Of a DNA stretch of 64,000 nt, positions 62,201 to 64,000 are shown piece by piece; positions within the stretch are counted from its first letter, which is position 1, and every line of letters begins with the position of its first letter. The position numbers and the translations under genes were made by a program. The notes below the pieces were generated by a model. The model did not search any database and was not told the DNA's origin. It worked only from the letters and a program-made list of their open reading frames with translations. This DNA is from Octopus sinensis (taxonomy: Eukaryota), in the NCBI RefSeq assembly GCF_006345805.1, contig NC_042997.1, forward strand, positions 168,020,001-168,084,000, read 5' to 3'.

Positions 62201-62447
62201 GAAATTAATCAGCGTAAATGAAAAATACACCCACCTAACTACCAACATACAATTAATGAGATTGATTTTCTATTAAATAAAAATTCTAATGATGATGACG
62301 TATAAACAGTGACTTTCATAGTAATCTTTGAATAAATAAGAATTTCTGTGCAATGGGTGTACTCTGTTTAAATGTGCTTGCGCATGTATGCATGTGTATG
62401 TGTGTTTTATATATGTATGTAAGTATGTATGTATGTTGTCCACAGTA

Positions 62448-62520
<73 letters not shown>

Positions 62521-63426
62521 TATGCATGAACATATGCATGTGTGTAAATGCACATACACCAACACACAGATAAACACATATTTTTAATTCATTTACATTT
62601 TAAAGTAGTAAATCAAGGACAATTAATGAAATTTTTTTAATATAAAAGGTTAAAATGTGAAGTTTGTTACTCTCATCTGATAATTTTTATGTACACATAC
62701 ACATTCATGCACACACACACACATTTGATTCCTTTATAAATTCATAAATCTGATTAGTTTCTTTTGATGTGGCAAAATTTATGATTTTAACATTGGTGTC
62801 CTTTTACATGTACATACACATATGTATATTATAAAGTTAATGTCATTTAACTAAACTTATTAAACTAAATGATCTTAGTAAAAAAAAAAAATCTTTGTCT
62901 TTCAAGAAAAGGATTTGATCACTATTGATCTACACTGCTTTAGAATTCTGAGAAGTATTTCAGCTGGTGGTGAACTGATACCTCACACTGATGGCAAGGC
63001 CATTTAAGCTAAATGAAAGATACTTCACAGAGAATTGTTGGTATGGCAATCCTTAGAGAACAAAGTGAAGCACTAGTTTTGAAAAAGACAGTTCTTAATA
63101 ACAAGAACATGGTACTTACTTCTCTGGATTTTCTCTCATAAAGAATGCCATATGCCATGGTAGACAATGATATCTTGATGTAACACATAACTGCTTGCCA
63201 TCTACAAAACTTTCTTTCAAGAGACTCAAATGAGTCGTTGGAAAAAAAAAAAAAAAAACTTTCTGTTCTTTGCAGACACTGATGTCAAAACAAAGATGAT
63301 CTAATATTTTAGCATCTTGACTTACGCAAGATTCACCACTGCACAATGAAACATTTTTACCTTCTCTCTCTTGCATTCTCAGTTCGAAAATGATGTGTGT
63401 CTGTGTGAGTGTGTATATATATATAT

Positions 63427-63505
<79 letters not shown>

Positions 63506-64000
63506 ATTATAATAAAGGCAAGACATTTTTAAGACATGAAACAGTAGGAAAATGTAGTCAACTGTCTTGCACAGGATACAACACAACATCTGCAGTGGGA
63601 AAGGAAACAGTTACTTAGTGAGTTATCTCACATGGTTATGACAATAATAATGATGATGATGATGATTTCTAACAGACATAAGGCCACAATTTTTTGTGGG
63701 GGAGGGGGTGTAGTCGATTTAATCGACCCCATAGTAATTGACTGGTACTTATTTTATCAACTCTGGAAGAATATAAAGCAAAGTCAACTCCAATAGGATT
63801 TCAAAATAGAATGTGAAGGAATTTAACTATATATGGCAAGGTATTTAGTCATCTGCTTAACCGATTCTGTTATCACCTCACCTTAATAACAACAACAACA
63901 ATAATATTATTAATAATAATAATGATGATAATAATAATAATAATAATAAAATAAATATCAAACATTATAGCCAGAACATCCATAAAAATTTAAAAGAGAA

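Overview
AT-rich, microsatellite- and repeat-dense animal genomic DNA. The SINE, LINE and MITE families suggest an octopod cephalopod (inference). Two intact spliced genes were reconstructed by hand from splice sites and reading frame. (1) HSPA14 (Hsp70-L1, the ribosome-associated-complex Hsp70) lies on the minus strand: 14 coding exons, 29009->2067, 527 aa, with a 13.35-kb first intron. (2) The MANF/CDNF (ARMET) gene lies on the plus strand: 4 exons, 29781->40233, 183 aa, with a signal peptide, 8 conserved Cys, a CKGC motif and C-terminal NVEL. The two genes are head-to-head with 771 bp between start codons. That interval holds ERSE-like, CRE and ERSE-II-like motifs. Human CDNF and HSPA14 are also head-to-head, so this may be a very old, conserved bidirectional proteostasis locus, and it is the most interesting signal here. 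The rest is transposon-derived: piggyBac derivatives, Helitrons, Tc1/mariner/pogo MITEs, a CR1-type RT, a Dong/R4-type LINE in a (TAA)n repeat, RTE tails and three tRNA-derived SINE families. Inverted SINE pairs in the HSPA14 pre-mRNA are candidate A-to-I editing or back-splicing substrates. No recognisable gene was found in 41-64 kb, only tentative exon-like segments. There is no CRISPR array, rRNA or intact tRNA.
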